From Candidatus Adlerbacteria bacterium RIFCSPHIGHO2_02_FULL_54_18 (lineage in GTDB: Bacteria > Patescibacteriota > Minisyncoccia > Phycocordibacterales > SBAW01), in the NCBI GenBank assembly GCA_001775445.1, contig MEWV01000002.1:1-35319 (forward strand): a stretch of DNA of 35,319 nucleotides, read 5' to 3'. The position numbers and the translations under genes were made by a program. Under the pieces are notes generated by a model, which worked only from the letters and a program-made list of their open reading frames with translations, did no database searches and was not told the DNA's origin. The number at the start of each line of letters is the position of its first letter. The first letter of the stretch is position 1. Below are positions 34,337 to 35,319 of the stretch, in pieces.

Positions 34337-35319
34337 GGATTATTCTCTTTTTATTTCCATTGTTTGCCCAGGCGGAATGTTCCTCCAGTGGGTATACTGT
34401 TGTTTTTGTAAATGGAATTTTTAATACAGAGAAGCAAGCAAGGACTAGTGCAGACGAGTTGCAGTTCAAACTTGGAGAAACTTTTAACTCGGAGTCAGTA
34501 ATAGTTCGAACAGGGTACAACCCCTCTCATCTCGCGGGGTTGGGGGACTTGGCCCAGGTTGTTGCTCAGAGTTTTGGGGCTTCTGTCTCGACTTTTGATA
34601 GAGATACTATTTTGTTGCAAATCCACCCTGAGGTCACAACCAGAAAAGTTTTTTTGATAGGGCACTCCCAGGGGACGCTGTACACTAACAACATATACGA
34701 CTACCTCTTGGATAATGGCGAACCGAAGAAATCGGTAGGGGTATACAACATCGCTACACCGGCAAACTATGTTGCAGGCGGCGGTGCCTACCTCACTTCG
34801 AAAACTGACTTTATCATCCAAGCGTATGAGGAGTATGCCAGGAAGGCCGGTGCTCTTGCTCCCCTGCCCTCCAACGCGCAGCTCGACTTTGGGGCCGCGG
34901 TGGGCAACGGACACTCTTTTACAGACATATATTTAACCTATGCTGGAGAGCGCATAGTCGGTGACATACAACACGGGCTTGCGCGGCTTACGGCAGAAGA
35001 GGGTACCGCGACGGAAGGATGCTTTACTCCTCCGGACGGCGGTCTCGGCTACAAGACAAAACAGGCGTTGTATGCCGTGGCTGATCCGGCGGCTATCGGT
35101 TTGAAAGTCGCAGCAGTTACCGGATTTAAGGGAGCCGCCGTAGCCGTCGGTGGAGTTAAAAGCGGGCTCGCTGCCGTTGGTTCTTTTTTTGCGTCTGGTG
35201 CGGCCGCGGTTACGCCAAAACCGCGGACGGAGAATTTGCCCGGGAGTTTTAATATAGTAAAAAAAATATACGGCTCGAGCGTTAGCGAGGAGGACTTAAA
35301 AGATTTGCTTGGAGAAAAT
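34303..35319 (+). CDS. secreted alpha/beta-hydrolase-like protein (GxSxG), 3' end beyond window
   Basis: Absent from the ORF track because there is no stop codon in the window. I checked the frame codon by codon, and it is open from ATG 34303 to 35319 (339 codons). The sequence reads MQHRFRHIAQLGIILFLFPLFAQAECSSSGYTVVFVNGIFNT...KVFLIGHSQGTLY..., with the nucleophile-elbow motif GHSQG at 34660-34674. The start overlaps the previous gene by 34 nt. Confidence 0.7.
   Translation, partial: MQHRFRHIAQLGIILFLFPLFAQAECSSSGYTVVFVNGIFNTEKQARTSADELQFKLGETFNSESVIVRTGYNPSHLAGLGDLAQVVAQSFGASVSTFDRDTILLQIHPEVTTRKVFLIGHSQGTLYTNNIYDYLLDNGEPKKSVGVYNIATPANYVAGGGAYLTSKTDFIIQAYEEYARKAGALAPLPSNAQLDFGAAVGNGHSFTDIYLTYAGERIVGDIQHGLARLTAEEGTATEGCFTPPDGGLGYKTKQALYAVADPAAIGLKVAAVTGFKGAAVAVGGVKSGLAAVGSFFASGAAAVTPKPRTENLPGSFNIVKKIYGSSVSEEDLKDLLGEN

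Noticed and set aside
1-35319. tRNA, rRNA, tmRNA and RNase P genes
   Set aside because: Scanning by eye, I found no T-arm-like GGTTCGAATCC-type motifs, no rRNA-like conserved stretches and no GAGGAAAGTCC. Non-coding space is too small apart from 26407-26771 and 19977-20318. This was a visual search only, so it is not exhaustive.

Overview
Gene-dense bacterial chromosomal window, roughly 90% coding. Compact proteins, tiny intergenic gaps and scarce Shine-Dalgarno sites suggest a small-genome uncultivated lineage such as CPR/Patescibacteria, but that is inference only. The backbone is housekeeping: a dTMP module (thyA-dcd divergent from tmk-glyA), four aminoacyl-tRNA synthetases (argS, ileS, glyQS, metG), recO, an AI-2E-family permease, tatD, rpsF-ssb-rpsR, efp, an ECF-type sigma factor, recA and ftsK. 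Accessory or unusual content: (1) A complete diversity-generating retroelement (DGR) at about 19.3-21.9 kb. It has a 162-aa target gene whose last 37 codons form the VR, and a 111-bp TR 456 bp downstream. The two differ at 14 positions, 12 of them TR adenines. It also has an Avd-like four-helix-bundle gene on the opposite strand and a DGR-type reverse transcriptase whose start-codon problem is linked to a G8 tract. (2) An IleRS with an apparently intact histidine-phosphatase (PGAM-like) domain nested inside the synthetase core. (3) A cell-surface locus at 26.8-32.5 kb, with a 1165-aa secreted protein and a 290-aa protein that share a peptidoglycan-binding module. (4) A small SET-domain protein followed by a Y1/HUH (IS200/RAYT-like) transposase, with three copies of a perfect palindrome, two of them inside its coding sequence. 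(5) Two edge-truncated genes missing from the ORF track: thyA at the left edge and a secreted GxSxG hydrolase at the right edge. I recognised no rRNA, tRNA or CRISPR array.
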